A stretch of DNA of 64,000 nt from Candidatus Latescibacterota bacterium (GCA_965221775.1 CBDCSU010000006.1:1248001-1312000); one strand, 5' to 3'. Counted from the stretch's first letter, positions 10,235 through 20,345 are shown. Made by a program: numbers and translations. The notes: generated by a model from the letters alone, not told the origin.

Positions 10235-11209
10235 CTACTCGAAGCTGAGCACCACCTTCACCGCCCCGTGGGCGGGATCCTCGAAGGCCATCTCGAAGGC
10301 CTGCTGGATGCGCTCGAAGGGGAGCACGTGGGTGATCATGGGGCGCACGTCGACGCGGCCTTCGGTGATCCACTGCAGGGCGGTGGCGTAGTCGGCGTGG
10401 GGGTCGGGCCCCACGGTGGTGACGATGCGGGTCTCGTTGCCGAACATCCCCAGGAAGTGGAGCGACATCACCCCCCGGCCCTCTTCCTTGTTGGGCACTC
10501 CGAAGTAGAGGATGGTGCCGCCGCGGCGCACGAGGCCGGCGGCCTGGTGGAAGGTGGACTCCAGGCCCACGGCCTCGACCGCCATGTGGGGCAGCTCGCC
10601 GCCGGTGATCGCCAGCACCCGGTCCCGCAGGCCGTCTCCCGGGGCCAGGGCGTGGGTGGCGCCCATCTTCGCGGAGACCTGGCGGCGGTGGGCCAGCGGG
10701 TCCACGGCGACGATGCGGCGGGCGCCGAGGTTGCGCAGGGCGGCGTTGAAAAGCTGTCCCACCGGCCCCTGGCCGATGACCACCACGTCCTGGCCGATGA
10801 GGTTGCCGAGCTTGTAGAAGGCGTGCAGCACGGTGCCGAAGAGCTGGCTCATGAGCACCACCTCGGGCTCGGCATCGGCGGGCAGGCGGATGCAGCTGCC
10901 ATCGTCGGTGGCCAGGCAGTACTCCTGGTAGAGGGGCCGGTCGAAGCCGTAGAGCAACACCTGCTCCCCCTCGGCGTAGCGGCCTGAAGGACAGGCGGCC
11001 ACCACGCCCATGGCCTCGTGGCCGCTGGTCCCCGGCGCCAGGGGGTAGTCGCCGCCGAGGCCGACCCAGCATGGCTTGTCGGTGCCGCAGATCGCCGTGC
11101 GCCGCAGCCGGACGAGCATCGTCCCCTCCACGGGCTCCGGGATCTCCTGCTCCAGCAACTCCCAGCGCCGGGGCGCCACGAGTCTGGCCGATCTCATCAT
11201 TCGCTTCAT
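10235..11209 (-). CDS. Zinc-binding medium-chain alcohol dehydrogenase
   Basis: AICGTD, GHEAMG, Rossmann motif IGQGPVG. Confidence 0.85.
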   Translation of the reverse strand: MKRMMRSARLVAPRRWELLEQEIPEPVEGTMLVRLRRTAICGTDKPCWVGLGGDYPLAPGTSGHEAMGVVAACPSGRYAEGEQVLLYGFDRPLYQEYCLATDDGSCIRLPADAEPEVVLMSQLFGTVLHAFYKLGNLIGQDVVVIGQGPVGQLFNAALRNLGARRIVAVDPLAHRRQVSAKMGATHALAPGDGLRDRVLAITGGELPHMAVEAVGLESTFHQAAGLVRRGGTILYFGVPNKEEGRGVMSLHFLGMFGNETRIVTTVGPDPHADYATALQWITEGRVDVRPMITHVLPFERIQQAFEMAFEDPAHGAVKVVLSFE

Positions 11210-11288
11210 GGCGGGCGCAAGCTATCGCCCGGCGGCAGCCCTGTCGAGAGCTTGCCCCCCCGCGGGCGGCACCTGAGATTCGGCGGCC

Positions 11289-12038
11289 ATGAGCGCCCTC
11301 GGCCTGCTGGTTCCGCTCGCGGCCTCGGCCCTGGCCGCGGTCCCCGCCAAGGGCCAGTTCCCCCCGGTCCGCCTCGACACCAGCGACGTGATCACCTACC
11401 GCGCCCTCAAGCGCGGCGACTTCCGCGCCGAGCACCCGCCCAAGGCCTTCCTGGGCATCCACGTGCCGCGGCCGGTGGCCGTCTCCTGCGCCTACGTGGC
11501 CCCCGACCCCCGGGCCCGGGTCTTCGCCGAGCCGATCCGCCCGGGGGGCGAGGGCCCCTACCGGCCGCGCGTCGAGAACCTCGCCTTCCGCGGCCTGTTC
11601 TCGCGCTCCTGCTCCTGGTGGAACCAGGAGCACGGCCTCTCGCCCATGTACGTCCTGGAGCACGAGCAGATCCACTTCGCCCTCTCCGAGGTGGCGGCGC
11701 GGAAGCTGAACCGCGACGTGCCGCGGATGCTCACCTCGGCCTCCGTGGAGTCGGCGTCGGCCGACTCGGTGATCACCCTCGCCCGGCGGCGGATCCAGGC
11801 CGCCCTGGAGCGCACCATCGCCGAGACGGGGAAGCTGAACCTGGAGTTCGACCGCGCCACCTCCTTCGGCTTCTCGCTTCATCTCCAGGAGGCCTGGCGC
11901 CTGCGGGTGGAGAAGGACCTGGAGGAGCTGGCACGGTTCGCCGCCGACCGGCCCCCCGGCCGGAGAGGGCCGCCAGGGACTGTCGAGGCCCCCGCGATCC
12001 CAAGGCCCAGACGTATCCCGGAAGGAGCCGCCGAGTGA
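11289..12038 (+). CDS. Secreted DUF922-like putative Zn metallopeptidase
   Basis: Hydrophobic signal peptide; HExxH motif in LEHEQIHFALSEVAARKL. Confidence 0.6.
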   Translation: MSALGLLVPLAASALAAVPAKGQFPPVRLDTSDVITYRALKRGDFRAEHPPKAFLGIHVPRPVAVSCAYVAPDPRARVFAEPIRPGGEGPYRPRVENLAFRGLFSRSCSWWNQEHGLSPMYVLEHEQIHFALSEVAARKLNRDVPRMLTSASVESASADSVITLARRRIQAALERTIAETGKLNLEFDRATSFGFSLHLQEAWRLRVEKDLEELARFAADRPPGRRGPPGTVEAPAIPRPRRIPEGAAE

Positions 12039-12189
12039 GTACCGGCCGCGGATCCGTCGGCGGCTGGCGGCGCGTGCCTGGTGATGTGCCTCCTGGGGGG
12101 AGCAATTCCCGCGAGGAGCAGCCCCCTGGGTGCGCGCCGGCGCCCAGACGCGGCCGGCGGCCGAGACACCCTTCGCGGCGAGCCGACAG

Positions 12190-13056
12190 GTGAGCCCCGA
12201 ACACCCGCGACTCCCTCCGACGCCGCTGCTGACGACGGCGGCGACCGCTCTTCCGGCGCTCGAGTTCCTGCGCGCCTGCGGCGAGGTCTTCGCCCGCTTC
12301 GGCGAGGAGACGCAGGACTCGGGCAACATCTCCTATGGCGTGGACATCGAAGGGCGCCGGTTCTTCGTCAAGACCCCGGGCGACCTCGGGCTCTCCACCG
12401 CCTGGGCCGACCACCGCGCCCGGGGCAATCTCCTCAGGAACGCCGCCGTCCTCGCCCGCTCCCTCACCCACCGGGCCCTGCCAACCCTCCACCACGTCGT
12501 CGAAGCGCCGGACGGCCCCCTGCTGGTCTACGACTGGGTCGAGGGCCTGCTGCTGCGGGTCGAGGCCGAGGAGCGGACCCGCCCGGGCTCCTCCTTCTAC
12601 CGGTTCGTGCACCTGCCGCAAGAGACGATCCTCCGGGCCCTCGACGAGATCTACGACGTCCACCGCCGGCTGGCGGCGCGCGGCTGGATCGCCTGCGACT
12701 TCTACGACGGATGCGTGATCTACGACTTCGACCGCCAAGTCGCTCATATCGTCGACCTGGACAACTACCAGCGCGGGCCCTTCGTCAACGAGATGGGGCG
12801 CATGTTCGGCTCGACGCGGTTCATGGCCCCGGAGGAGTTCACGCGGGGGGCCCGCATCGACGAGGGCACCACCGTCTTCACCATGGGGCGGGCGGCAGCC
12901 GTCTTCTTCGAGCCGACCGGAGTCCCCGGCGAACTCCGCGAGGTCGTCGAGCGCGCCTGCCGCGAGGAGCTGGCGGAGCGCTACCCGACCATGGCTGCTT
13001 TCCATGAGGCGTGGATGGGGGCGCGCGACGGCGCCGCGACCCGTCAGGGGCGTTGA
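12190..13056 (+). CDS. Stand-alone Ser/Thr protein kinase-like protein; start uncertain (12130 or 12190)
   Basis: FFVKT lysine, LLVYDWVEG hinge, IACDFYDG catalytic-loop variant, IVDLDNY, FMAPEE. Confidence 0.7.
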   Translation: MSPEHPRLPPTPLLTTAATALPALEFLRACGEVFARFGEETQDSGNISYGVDIEGRRFFVKTPGDLGLSTAWADHRARGNLLRNAAVLARSLTHRALPTLHHVVEAPDGPLLVYDWVEGLLLRVEAEERTRPGSSFYRFVHLPQETILRALDEIYDVHRRLAARGWIACDFYDGCVIYDFDRQVAHIVDLDNYQRGPFVNEMGRMFGSTRFMAPEEFTRGARIDEGTTVFTMGRAAAVFFEPTGVPGELREVVERACREELAERYPTMAAFHEAWMGARDGAATRQGR

Positions 13057-13160
13057 TGGCGGCGCACGGGTGGCCAGGAACGGGCTGAGCGGGCGTTGCG
13101 GATTCCGGATGCTTCCGGGATATTCGCTGGGCCTTCACCAAAACCACGGAGAGAAACCCG

Positions 13161-13736
13161 ATGACCCGCGCTTCACTGACCCTCTCGCTGGCCCTGGCCC
13201 TGGCGGTCGCCCACCTGTCCACCGCTCCGCACGCGGCCCTCGCGCAGGATGACCTTCTCGCCGCGGCCGACGTGGTCGACCGGGAAACGCTCAAGGAGTT
13301 CGTCCTGGGCGCCAAGGGCCTGCTCGACGCCACCACCACGGACGAGGAACTGCAGGCCGTCCTCGCCGACCTGCGCACCGAGCGCTGGAGGGAGGGGGCG
13401 ATCTACATCTTCATCACCAGTTTCGACGGCACCAGCTTCTTCCACGGCGCCAACCCCGCCCGCGAAGGCACCAACAACTACGAGCAGGAGGACGCCAACG
13501 GGGTCAAGATCGTGCAGGAGCTGATCAAGGCGGCCGAGGCCGGGGGAGGGTGGGTGCACTACCTCTTCGACAACCCCGCCGTCGAGGGACCCGACGAGTC
13601 CCCCAAGGTGAGCTACGCCGCCCCCATCGAGATCCAGGGCAACAGCTACTACATCGGCGCCGGGCTGTACCTCGATCCGGAGCAGACCAACGTGGCGCCG
13701 GCCTCGTGGGGCACCCTGAAAGAGCGGAGCCCATAG
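13161..13736 (+). CDS. Secreted single Cache-domain protein with C-terminal SWGxxK motif
   Basis: Signal peptide ending AALA-Q; YIFI..FHG.NP..EG.N....DANG.KI..ELI.AA..GGGWV.Y.F.NP....PK.SY...YIGAG.Y Cache pattern; tail TNVAPASWGTLK. Confidence 0.8.
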   Translation: MTRASLTLSLALALAVAHLSTAPHAALAQDDLLAAADVVDRETLKEFVLGAKGLLDATTTDEELQAVLADLRTERWREGAIYIFITSFDGTSFFHGANPAREGTNNYEQEDANGVKIVQELIKAAEAGGGWVHYLFDNPAVEGPDESPKVSYAAPIEIQGNSYYIGAGLYLDPEQTNVAPASWGTLKERSP

Positions 13737-13801
13737 GGGAGGCGCCGCTCGCGCCGCGGCCCTGCCCCACGCATCTGGAACCACATTCCCGGGAAAGCGC
13801 C

Positions 13802-14770
13802 ATGTCCTGCAAGTTCATGTTCCTGCCGCCGGTCGACGACCGCCGCCGCCGCTGGGCCGAAGCCCTCGGCGAGGCGGTGCCGGAGATCGAGATCCTGTTG
13901 CCCGAGTCGCGGGAGGAAGCGCTTGAGCGGATCGGCGAGGTCCGCGGCGCCTTCGGCACCCTCGACCCGGAGCTGCTGGCCGCCGCCCGGGAGCTGACCT
14001 GGCTGTGCGCGCCGGCGGCGGGGCCGGGCCCGGGGTTCTACTTCCCGGAGCTGGTCGACAGCGACGTGACGGTCACCAACCAGCGCGGCATCTACTCCGA
14101 CCACATCTCGGCCCACATCATGGCCTTCGTCCTCGCCTTCGCGCGGGGCCTGCACCTCTACATGCCGCAGCAGCTCGAGGGAGTGTGGATCTCGGCCGGG
14201 GAGGCCGCCCCCACCGTGCATCTGCCCGAGGCGACGGCCGTCCTCATCGGCGCCGGCGGCATCGGCGGCGAGACGGCGCGGCATCTGGCCCACTTCGGCA
14301 TGCACGTCATCGCCATCGACCCGCGGGTGCCCGAGCCGCCCGAGGGGGTCCATGAGCTGCACCGGCCCGAGGCCCTGGACGAGCATCTCGGCCGCGGCGA
14401 CTTCGTCATCCTGACGGCGCCCCAGACGCCGGCCATGGAGGGCCTGATGAACGCCGAGCGGCTGGCGCGGATGAAGCCCACCGGCGTGCTGATCAACATC
14501 GGCCGGGGCGTGAACGTGGTCCTCGACGATCTGGCCGACGCCCTGTACGCGGGCACCATCGGCGGCGCCGCCCTCGACGTCTTCGAGATCGAGCCGCTGC
14601 CCGAGGGCCACCGGCTGTGGAAGGCGCCCAACTTCCTGATGACGCCCCACGTGGCCGGCGCCGGCCCCTACCTCGAGGACCGGCGCCTGCAGCTGCTCAT
14701 CGACAACTGCCGCCGCCTGCGCGACGGCGAAGAGCTGGTCAACGTGGTGGACAAGAAGAACTGGTTCTAG
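13802..14770 (+). CDS. D-2-hydroxyacid dehydrogenase
   Basis: IGAGGIG, INIGRG, AALDVFEIEPL, TPHVAG. Confidence 0.9.
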   Translation: MSCKFMFLPPVDDRRRRWAEALGEAVPEIEILLPESREEALERIGEVRGAFGTLDPELLAAARELTWLCAPAAGPGPGFYFPELVDSDVTVTNQRGIYSDHISAHIMAFVLAFARGLHLYMPQQLEGVWISAGEAAPTVHLPEATAVLIGAGGIGGETARHLAHFGMHVIAIDPRVPEPPEGVHELHRPEALDEHLGRGDFVILTAPQTPAMEGLMNAERLARMKPTGVLINIGRGVNVVLDDLADALYAGTIGGAALDVFEIEPLPEGHRLWKAPNFLMTPHVAGAGPYLEDRRLQLLIDNCRRLRDGEELVNVVDKKNWF

Positions 14771-14797
14771 GCCGCGGCCCCGAGCCGGGCGCGCGGA

Positions 14798-15445
14798 TCA
14801 GCCGGCGGCGGCGGGCAGGCTGCCCACGATCAGCAGCCAGCCGTGGGTCTTCACCGGCCGCCGGACCTCCCACTCCTTCAGCTCGCCCCCCAGGTTCTTC
14901 TCGGCGCGTTCGCACAGCTCGTCGAAGGGAGGGCGGCCCGGGTCGGCGATGATGATCTGCTCGACGCCGGCGCGCGTCGCCTTGCGGATCATCCGGTAGA
15001 GAGGGTCGACCATCTCGTCCCAGAAGCAGATGTCGGCGCCCAGGATCACGCGGGTGCCGTCCAGCTGGGCCTTGGTGAGCTTCTCGAAGCGGGAGCGGCG
15101 CGTCTGCAGGGTCACGCCGTTGACCTCGGCGTGCAGGTGCAGGTAGGGGAAGACCTTGGCGTCGGCGTCGACGCCCACGACCTCGGCGCCGTGCTTCCTG
15201 GCGCAGTAGATGCCGAGGAGCCCCCAGCCGCAGCCGACCTCCATCACCCGGGCGCCGGCGGGCAGGCCCTGGCGCTCGAGGAAGTCCATGATCAGGTAGC
15301 TGCTGTTCCAGAACCGGTCGCCGTGGATCTCCGGCTCGTGGTCCTTCTTCAGGGCCCGCACCCGCGGATGGCCGGGCTTGAGGATGGTCACGCCGTAGGC
15401 CTCGCGCTGCGTCGTCTTGTCGGACTTGTGCTTGTTCTTGCCCAT
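14798..15445 (-). CDS. Class I SAM methyltransferase (METTL21/Nnt1-like)
   Basis: FWNSS..., VMEVGCGWGL, ILGADICF, IIADPGR. Confidence 0.8.
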   Translation of the reverse strand: MGKNKHKSDKTTQREAYGVTILKPGHPRVRALKKDHEPEIHGDRFWNSSYLIMDFLERQGLPAGARVMEVGCGWGLLGIYCARKHGAEVVGVDADAKVFPYLHLHAEVNGVTLQTRRSRFEKLTKAQLDGTRVILGADICFWDEMVDPLYRMIRKATRAGVEQIIIADPGRPPFDELCERAEKNLGGELKEWEVRRPVKTHGWLLIVGSLPAAAG

Positions 15446-15539
15446 GTCTCGACGGGGAGAGAGATTCAGGTGCTTCTGTGCAAGGGGAAGAAGTGCGAAA
15501 CCTAGGCATTCGTCCGATGGCGGCAACCGGCGGCGCTCC

Positions 15540-16967
15540 TTGACGATCACCGCGGCCCTGCGCTCGCGCTGGTCCGCCCCCGGCGGCTACCGCGAGTTCC
15601 TGCAGATCGCCTTCCCCCTGATCCTCAGCACGGCGAGCTGGAGCATCCAGCACTTCGTCGACCGCGTCTTCCTCACCTGGTACTCCACCGACGCCCTGGC
15701 CGCGTCCCTGCCGGCGGGGCTGACGAGCTTCGTCTTCGTCAGCTTCTTCCTCGGCATCGCGGGGTACGTCAACACCTTCGTCGCCCAGTACGTGGGCTCG
15801 GGCCGGCCCGAGCGGGTGGGGGCGGCCCTGTGGCAGGGCGGCTACCTGGCGATGCTGAGCGCCGTGGCCGGGATCCTGGTGGCCCTCATGGCAGTGCCGA
15901 TCTTCGACCTCGTGGGCCACGAGGAGCCGATCCGCTCCAACGAGATCGTCTACTTCCGCATCCTGTGCTGGGGCATGGGCCCCCTGATCCTGTCCACCGC
16001 CCTCGCCTGCTTCTACAGCGGCCGCGGCCGCACCTGGTCCGTCCTCGGCGTCAACGCCGCCGCCACCGGCGTCAACATCGTCCTCGACTACGGCCTGATC
16101 TTCGGTGCCTGGGGCCTGCCCGAGATGGGCCTGCGCGGCGCCGCCTGGGCGACCAACACGGCGGCCGTCTTCGCCGCCGGCCTCTACATCCTCCTGCTGG
16201 CGCGGCCCTCCCACCGCCGGCGCTTCTCCACCTACGCCGCCTGGCGCTTCGACCGCGCCCTCTTCGCGCGCCTCCTCCGCTTCGGCGGCGCCAACGGCGT
16301 CAACTTCATGCTCGACATCTTCTCCTTCACCTTCTTCATCCTCATCATCGGCCGCGTGGGCACCCTGGAGCTGACGGCGAGCAACCTCGCCTTCAACATC
16401 AACAGCCTCGCCTTCATGCCCCTCATCGGCGCCGGCATCGCCGTCTCCACCATGGTCGGCCAGCGTCTCGGCGCCGAGGCCCCCGCCGCCGCCGAGTACT
16501 GCACCTGGAGCGGCCTCCACGTGGCCCTCGCCTACGCGGCGATCATGACCGCCGCCTACATCCTCGTGCCCGACCTCTTCCTGCTGCCCTACGGGGCCGG
16601 CGCCTCGGGCGAGGAGTTCGTCCACGCCCGCGACCTGGCCCGCTCGCTGCTGCGCATCGTCGGCCTCTACTGCCTCTTCGACGCCGCCTACATCATGTTC
16701 ACCGCCGCCCTCAAGGGAGCCGGTGACACGCGCTACATCATGTACGCCGGGTTCCTCCTGGGCCTGTCGATCATGGTGGCGCCGCCGCTGATCGCCGTGG
16801 AGTGGTTCGACGCCGGCGTCTACACCGTGTGGGTCTTCATCGTCGCCTACCTGGCGGTGGCGGCGGCCGTGTTCTACCGCCGCTTCCGGATCGGCCCCTG
16901 GAAGTCGATGCGCGTCATCGAGGAGTCGGCGGGAGAGGCTTCGCCGGCGGCGGACGCGGCCTCGTGA
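15540..16967 (+). CDS. MATE family efflux transporter; start approximate
   Basis: About 12 TM segments; NIVLDYGLIFGAWGLPEMGLRGAAWAT, ALKGAGDT. Confidence 0.88.
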   Translation: MTITAALRSRWSAPGGYREFLQIAFPLILSTASWSIQHFVDRVFLTWYSTDALAASLPAGLTSFVFVSFFLGIAGYVNTFVAQYVGSGRPERVGAALWQGGYLAMLSAVAGILVALMAVPIFDLVGHEEPIRSNEIVYFRILCWGMGPLILSTALACFYSGRGRTWSVLGVNAAATGVNIVLDYGLIFGAWGLPEMGLRGAAWATNTAAVFAAGLYILLLARPSHRRRFSTYAAWRFDRALFARLLRFGGANGVNFMLDIFSFTFFILIIGRVGTLELTASNLAFNINSLAFMPLIGAGIAVSTMVGQRLGAEAPAAAEYCTWSGLHVALAYAAIMTAAYILVPDLFLLPYGAGASGEEFVHARDLARSLLRIVGLYCLFDAAYIMFTAALKGAGDTRYIMYAGFLLGLSIMVAPPLIAVEWFDAGVYTVWVFIVAYLAVAAAVFYRRFRIGPWKSMRVIEESAGEASPAADAAS

Positions 16968-17869
16968 GTTTCTGGGGCATCGACCTGGGGGGCACCAAGA
17001 TCGAGGGCGTCGTGCTGCCTGCGGCCGACTCGCTGGAGCCGCTGTGCCGCCTGCGGGTGCCCACCGACAGCCACCTCGGCTACGACCGGGTGCGCCAGCG
17101 CGTGGCGGAGCTGGTGCAGGGGCTGGCCGCCGAGACCGGGGATCGACCCGAGATCCTGGGCATCGGCACCCCCGGCGTGCTGGACCCGCGGTCCCGCACT
17201 CTGAAGAACTCCAACGCCACCTGCCTCAACGGCCGCCCCCTGCTCGACGACCTGACCGCCGATCTCGGCTGCCGGGTGGAGATGGCCAACGACGCCAACT
17301 GCTTCGCCCTCGCCGAGGCCCGCCTCGGCGCCGGCCGCGGGGCCGGCATCCTCTTCGGCGTCATCCTCGGCACCGGGGTCGGCGGGGGCGTCGTCGTCGA
17401 CGGCCGGGTGCTGCACGGGGGGCAGGGCATCGCCGGCGAGTGGGGACACAACGTCCTCGACCCCGGGGGCGATCCGTGCTACTGCGGCCGGAGGGGATGC
17501 GTCGAGACGGTGCTCTCAGGCCCCGGCCTGGAGAGGTTCTACGAGGAGCGCTGCGGTGTGCGGCGGGAGCTGCCCGAGATCGCCGCGCGCGCGGAGTCGG
17601 GGACGGACGAGGCGGCGGCCGCCGCCGTCGAGCGACTCGCGGAGGGCTTCGGCCGCGCCATTGCCTCCGTGGTCAACATCCTCGACCCCCACGTGGTCGT
17701 CCTCGGCGGCGGCGTCAGCAACGTGGACGCCCTCTACGGCCGCGGCATCGAGGAGATGTCCCGCTGGGTCTTCAACGACCGCCTCGACACGCGGGTGGTG
17801 CGCAACGAGCTGGGCGACTCGGCCGGCGGCTTCGGCGCGGCGATGCTGGCGGCTTCGGTGGAGGGGTAG
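16964..17869 (+). CDS. ROK family sugar kinase (Mak/fructokinase-like)
   Basis: GIDLGGTK, NDANCFALAE, LGTGVGGG, AGEWGH, CYCG..GCVE; GTGA overlap with the MATE gene. Confidence 0.9.
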   Translation: MSFWGIDLGGTKIEGVVLPAADSLEPLCRLRVPTDSHLGYDRVRQRVAELVQGLAAETGDRPEILGIGTPGVLDPRSRTLKNSNATCLNGRPLLDDLTADLGCRVEMANDANCFALAEARLGAGRGAGILFGVILGTGVGGGVVVDGRVLHGGQGIAGEWGHNVLDPGGDPCYCGRRGCVETVLSGPGLERFYEERCGVRRELPEIAARAESGTDEAAAAAVERLAEGFGRAIASVVNILDPHVVVLGGGVSNVDALYGRGIEEMSRWVFNDRLDTRVVRNELGDSAGGFGAAMLAASVEG

Positions 17870-17902
17870 GAGCGTTCAGGCCGGAGAGCATCCATGGGGG
17901 GT

Positions 17903-18004
17903 TCACTTGAGAAGAAGCAACCGGCGTGTTGCCACACTTCGGGGGCCGGACAAGCGCGCCCAGTAGACGCCGGATGCGACGCCCGCAGCGTTCCAAACCA
18001 CCTC
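17903..18004 (-). pseudogene. Remnant of a FlgD-Ig/T9SS-type C-terminal domain
   Basis: Reads EVVWNAAGVASGVYWARLSGPRSVATRRLLLLK*, matching W....G..VASGVY..RL......R..LLK; no intact upstream gene. Confidence 0.55.
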
Positions 18005-18265
18005 CCCTGGAAGCCCACAGCCTTCCGGGGAACGATCTCTTGACAGGGTGGACGCCGTAGGTGGCGGGTCCGGGGGCTGTGGCGAAGGACGAACACAGGG
18101 TGCCAACAAGGGCCACGATCCCGGTCAAGGCGGCGAGTCCTTGATGTGGCCGGGCCGGCTGATCTCGCTTACACACCTTTTGACAGGACCTCCGGACGAC
18201 CCGAGAGTAAGGAATAGATGCGTTGAAGCTGGACCTCAGCCTCACCTTTCTCCCGTTAGGAAGAC

Positions 18266-18931
18266 ATGAAAACCCTCGCATGGTTGATCGTCCTGTCGCC
18301 TGTTCTCGCCCATGCCGATGAGGAGCTCATCGGTGTTTGGGAGAGGACCATTTACTGGGACGACGGCCTCGACGTGTACGCAGAGGCCACGATTCGTTAC
18401 ACCTTCAAGATCGACAACCAGTTCGAGCTGTATCAGAACATCGTCTTGCACGACCACACCATGCTGCCCACAGCTGACGGGGCGGCCGAGGTCCCGGCTG
18501 ATGGGGATCCCGTTGTCGACCGGGATCTCGTTGTCCTGGGCTCGGGGACCTACTGGACCGTGGCCGACAGCCTGTTCCTCGACGTGACCGAAGTAGAAGA
18601 GACCCTGAACCGAGATTCCCTGGTGGCCATCCTCACGCATCTAGGCAAGTGGATGGCCCTTCACCTCTGCGATATGACCGGGGGCTGCCCCGAGGACTAC
18701 GCGGCCTACCAGGAGGCGGTCGTGGCGGAGGTGATTCGGGAGTTCAGGCACGCATTCTACTTCGAGGGAGACTCCGGGCCGGTAAACACCTACCGCATCG
18801 AACACGGCAAACTGTGGATTATCGAGACCTGGGAAGACGGCACCGTCGGAATGACGGACTTCTCCCGGATGGATCCGCCTACAGCCGTCACATCCTCTTC
18901 CTGGGGAGCGCTCAAGAGGAGATTCGAGTAG
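18266..18931 (+). CDS. Secreted hypothetical protein with C-terminal SWGxxK motif
   Basis: AGGA SD; signal peptide MKTLAWLIVLSPVLAHA; LIGVW start of the mature part; tail TAVTSSSWGALKRRFE. Confidence 0.75.
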   Translation: MKTLAWLIVLSPVLAHADEELIGVWERTIYWDDGLDVYAEATIRYTFKIDNQFELYQNIVLHDHTMLPTADGAAEVPADGDPVVDRDLVVLGSGTYWTVADSLFLDVTEVEETLNRDSLVAILTHLGKWMALHLCDMTGGCPEDYAAYQEAVVAEVIREFRHAFYFEGDSGPVNTYRIEHGKLWIIETWEDGTVGMTDFSRMDPPTAVTSSSWGALKRRFE

Positions 18932-18941
18932 AAGGGCCACT

Positions 18942-19420
18942 CCGCAACCCCTCCTCGTAGACCTCGAAGCGCTCGCCCTCCCGCTCCTCCGGGTCGACCA
19001 GCTTCAAAAAGAGAGCGCTGCCCGGCCGGCTGCCGGCGAACTCCCGGTGGCTGCCGATGTGGGAGGGGTCCGCACCGCTCCACTTCACCTCGCCGTCCTG
19101 CAGGTAGATGAAGTCGCCCGGGTAGCGGTCGATCATCTCGCGGCGGCGGTCCCGGTACCAGAGGCCCTGCTCGCAGGCGGTCTCGCGCACGGTGGCCATG
19201 TGCGCGGGCGGGTCCTCCTCCACCGAGTCGAACTCGTTCAGTGGCGCCTGCACCTCGCTTTCCAGGTCGATCTCGTCGAGGTCGACGGTGCCGAACCCGC
19301 CCTGGGCGGCCACGAGGAGGTGGTTGCGGTCGCGGCGGAAGGGCGGCCGCGGCCAGTCCGAGGCGGGGTCGTGGCCCATGAGGTGAGCGCCCACGGCGTC
19401 GGTGGCCACGATCTGGTCGC
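18942..19420 (-). repeat. Direct repeat copy 1: orphan 3' part of the DUF362 gene (pseudogene fragment)
   Basis: 479 bp colinear with 22366-22844 at offset 3424; about 14 substitutions by manual count; the 5' ~240 codons of the gene are absent. Confidence 0.92.
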
Positions 19421-19585
19421 TGCCTCGGTAACGCGTTGTCCCAGAAACCGTTCCGCAGGTTTCCTGGTAATCTACCCCTTGGCATTTTGCGGCCTGAAGG
19501 CTATCCTACATATGAACAAGCCCCGACCCCGAGTTCAGGCTCGGGATCGGGCCACACCCACAGACCAATCACGGAGTTTCCAGAA

Positions 19586-19882
19586 ATGGTATCGTCAATA
19601 GTATCTGCCCGTCATCGCTCTGTTAGAACGCCCCAATTCGAGACCATCGATGACGGTGATCGTCAAGTTCAGGCGATCACGATGCATGAATCTCTCGTGG
19701 AAGTCCACGACCCGCCAACCATCGATGATTTTCGCAGTTTGTATCGCCAGATCCCGCCGCCGGTACGCTCTCAGATCAAGTTTCTGGCCGCCGGAGCAGC
19801 CGGGCTTCTGGCACAGCGGATTGTCCAGGGACTCTTCGATCGGCTCGAAGAGTCGGGTTCAGAGCCAAGGCAAATTGCGTAA
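19586..19882 (+). CDS. Small hypothetical protein (98 aa)
   Basis: GGAG SD before ATG 19586; lower-GC island; no recognisable motif. Confidence 0.4.
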   Translation: MVSSIVSARHRSVRTPQFETIDDGDRQVQAITMHESLVEVHDPPTIDDFRSLYRQIPPPVRSQIKFLAAGAAGLLAQRIVQGLFDRLEESGSEPRQIA

Positions 19883-19920
19883 TTCCTCCGTAGTCCCACT
19901 CTGTACCTTGACGCTCGCAC

Positions 19921-20214
19921 TTGTCTCTCTCACCGAGAGAAGAAGGGAGAGGTTCATTGCTTGAGTTGACCGAAGCTCGCAGACAGAAAGCAAGGCCAAT
20001 CCTCGAGAAGCACAATCAGCTTCTCCGTGAAGGACAACCTGATATGACATCCCTCGATCTGGAATTACGAGCGTGTTGGGGGATCGGGTATCAGAAGTTG
20101 AAAGACATCATCCGGGACATGTATGACAATCACCCGGAGTACCGAGATCTGGCTCTCTGCTACATGAAGGCTCACCCTGTGAGTGAATTCAGAAGCCGCC
20201 TCGGGATAGGCTGA
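19921..20214 (+). CDS. Small hypothetical protein; start possibly TTG near 19958
   Basis: Helical, charged sequence; GGAGAGG SD-like element near 19947; lower-GC island. Confidence 0.45.
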   Translation: MSLSPREEGRGSLLELTEARRQKARPILEKHNQLLREGQPDMTSLDLELRACWGIGYQKLKDIIRDMYDNHPEYRDLALCYMKAHPVSEFRSRLGIG

Positions 20215-20345
20215 AACGGGCGCTTGGTTTTGAGAGAGACGACTTCGCGGTCCTACGCTATTCTCAAGTGCCTCTTGGAGAACCACTTGCTTGGCCACCT
20301 ACGTAAGTCCCACCCATCGGGGCCTGGCTCGGGCCTACTGCCGGC

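Noticed and set aside
9597-12329. 910-aa minus-strand ORF, and similar long ORFs at 2522-4498, 40804-43299, 61967-63940 and 32003-34066
   Set aside because: These are shadow or antisense frames of motif-bearing genes; Arg/Pro/Gly-rich products are expected in high-GC DNA
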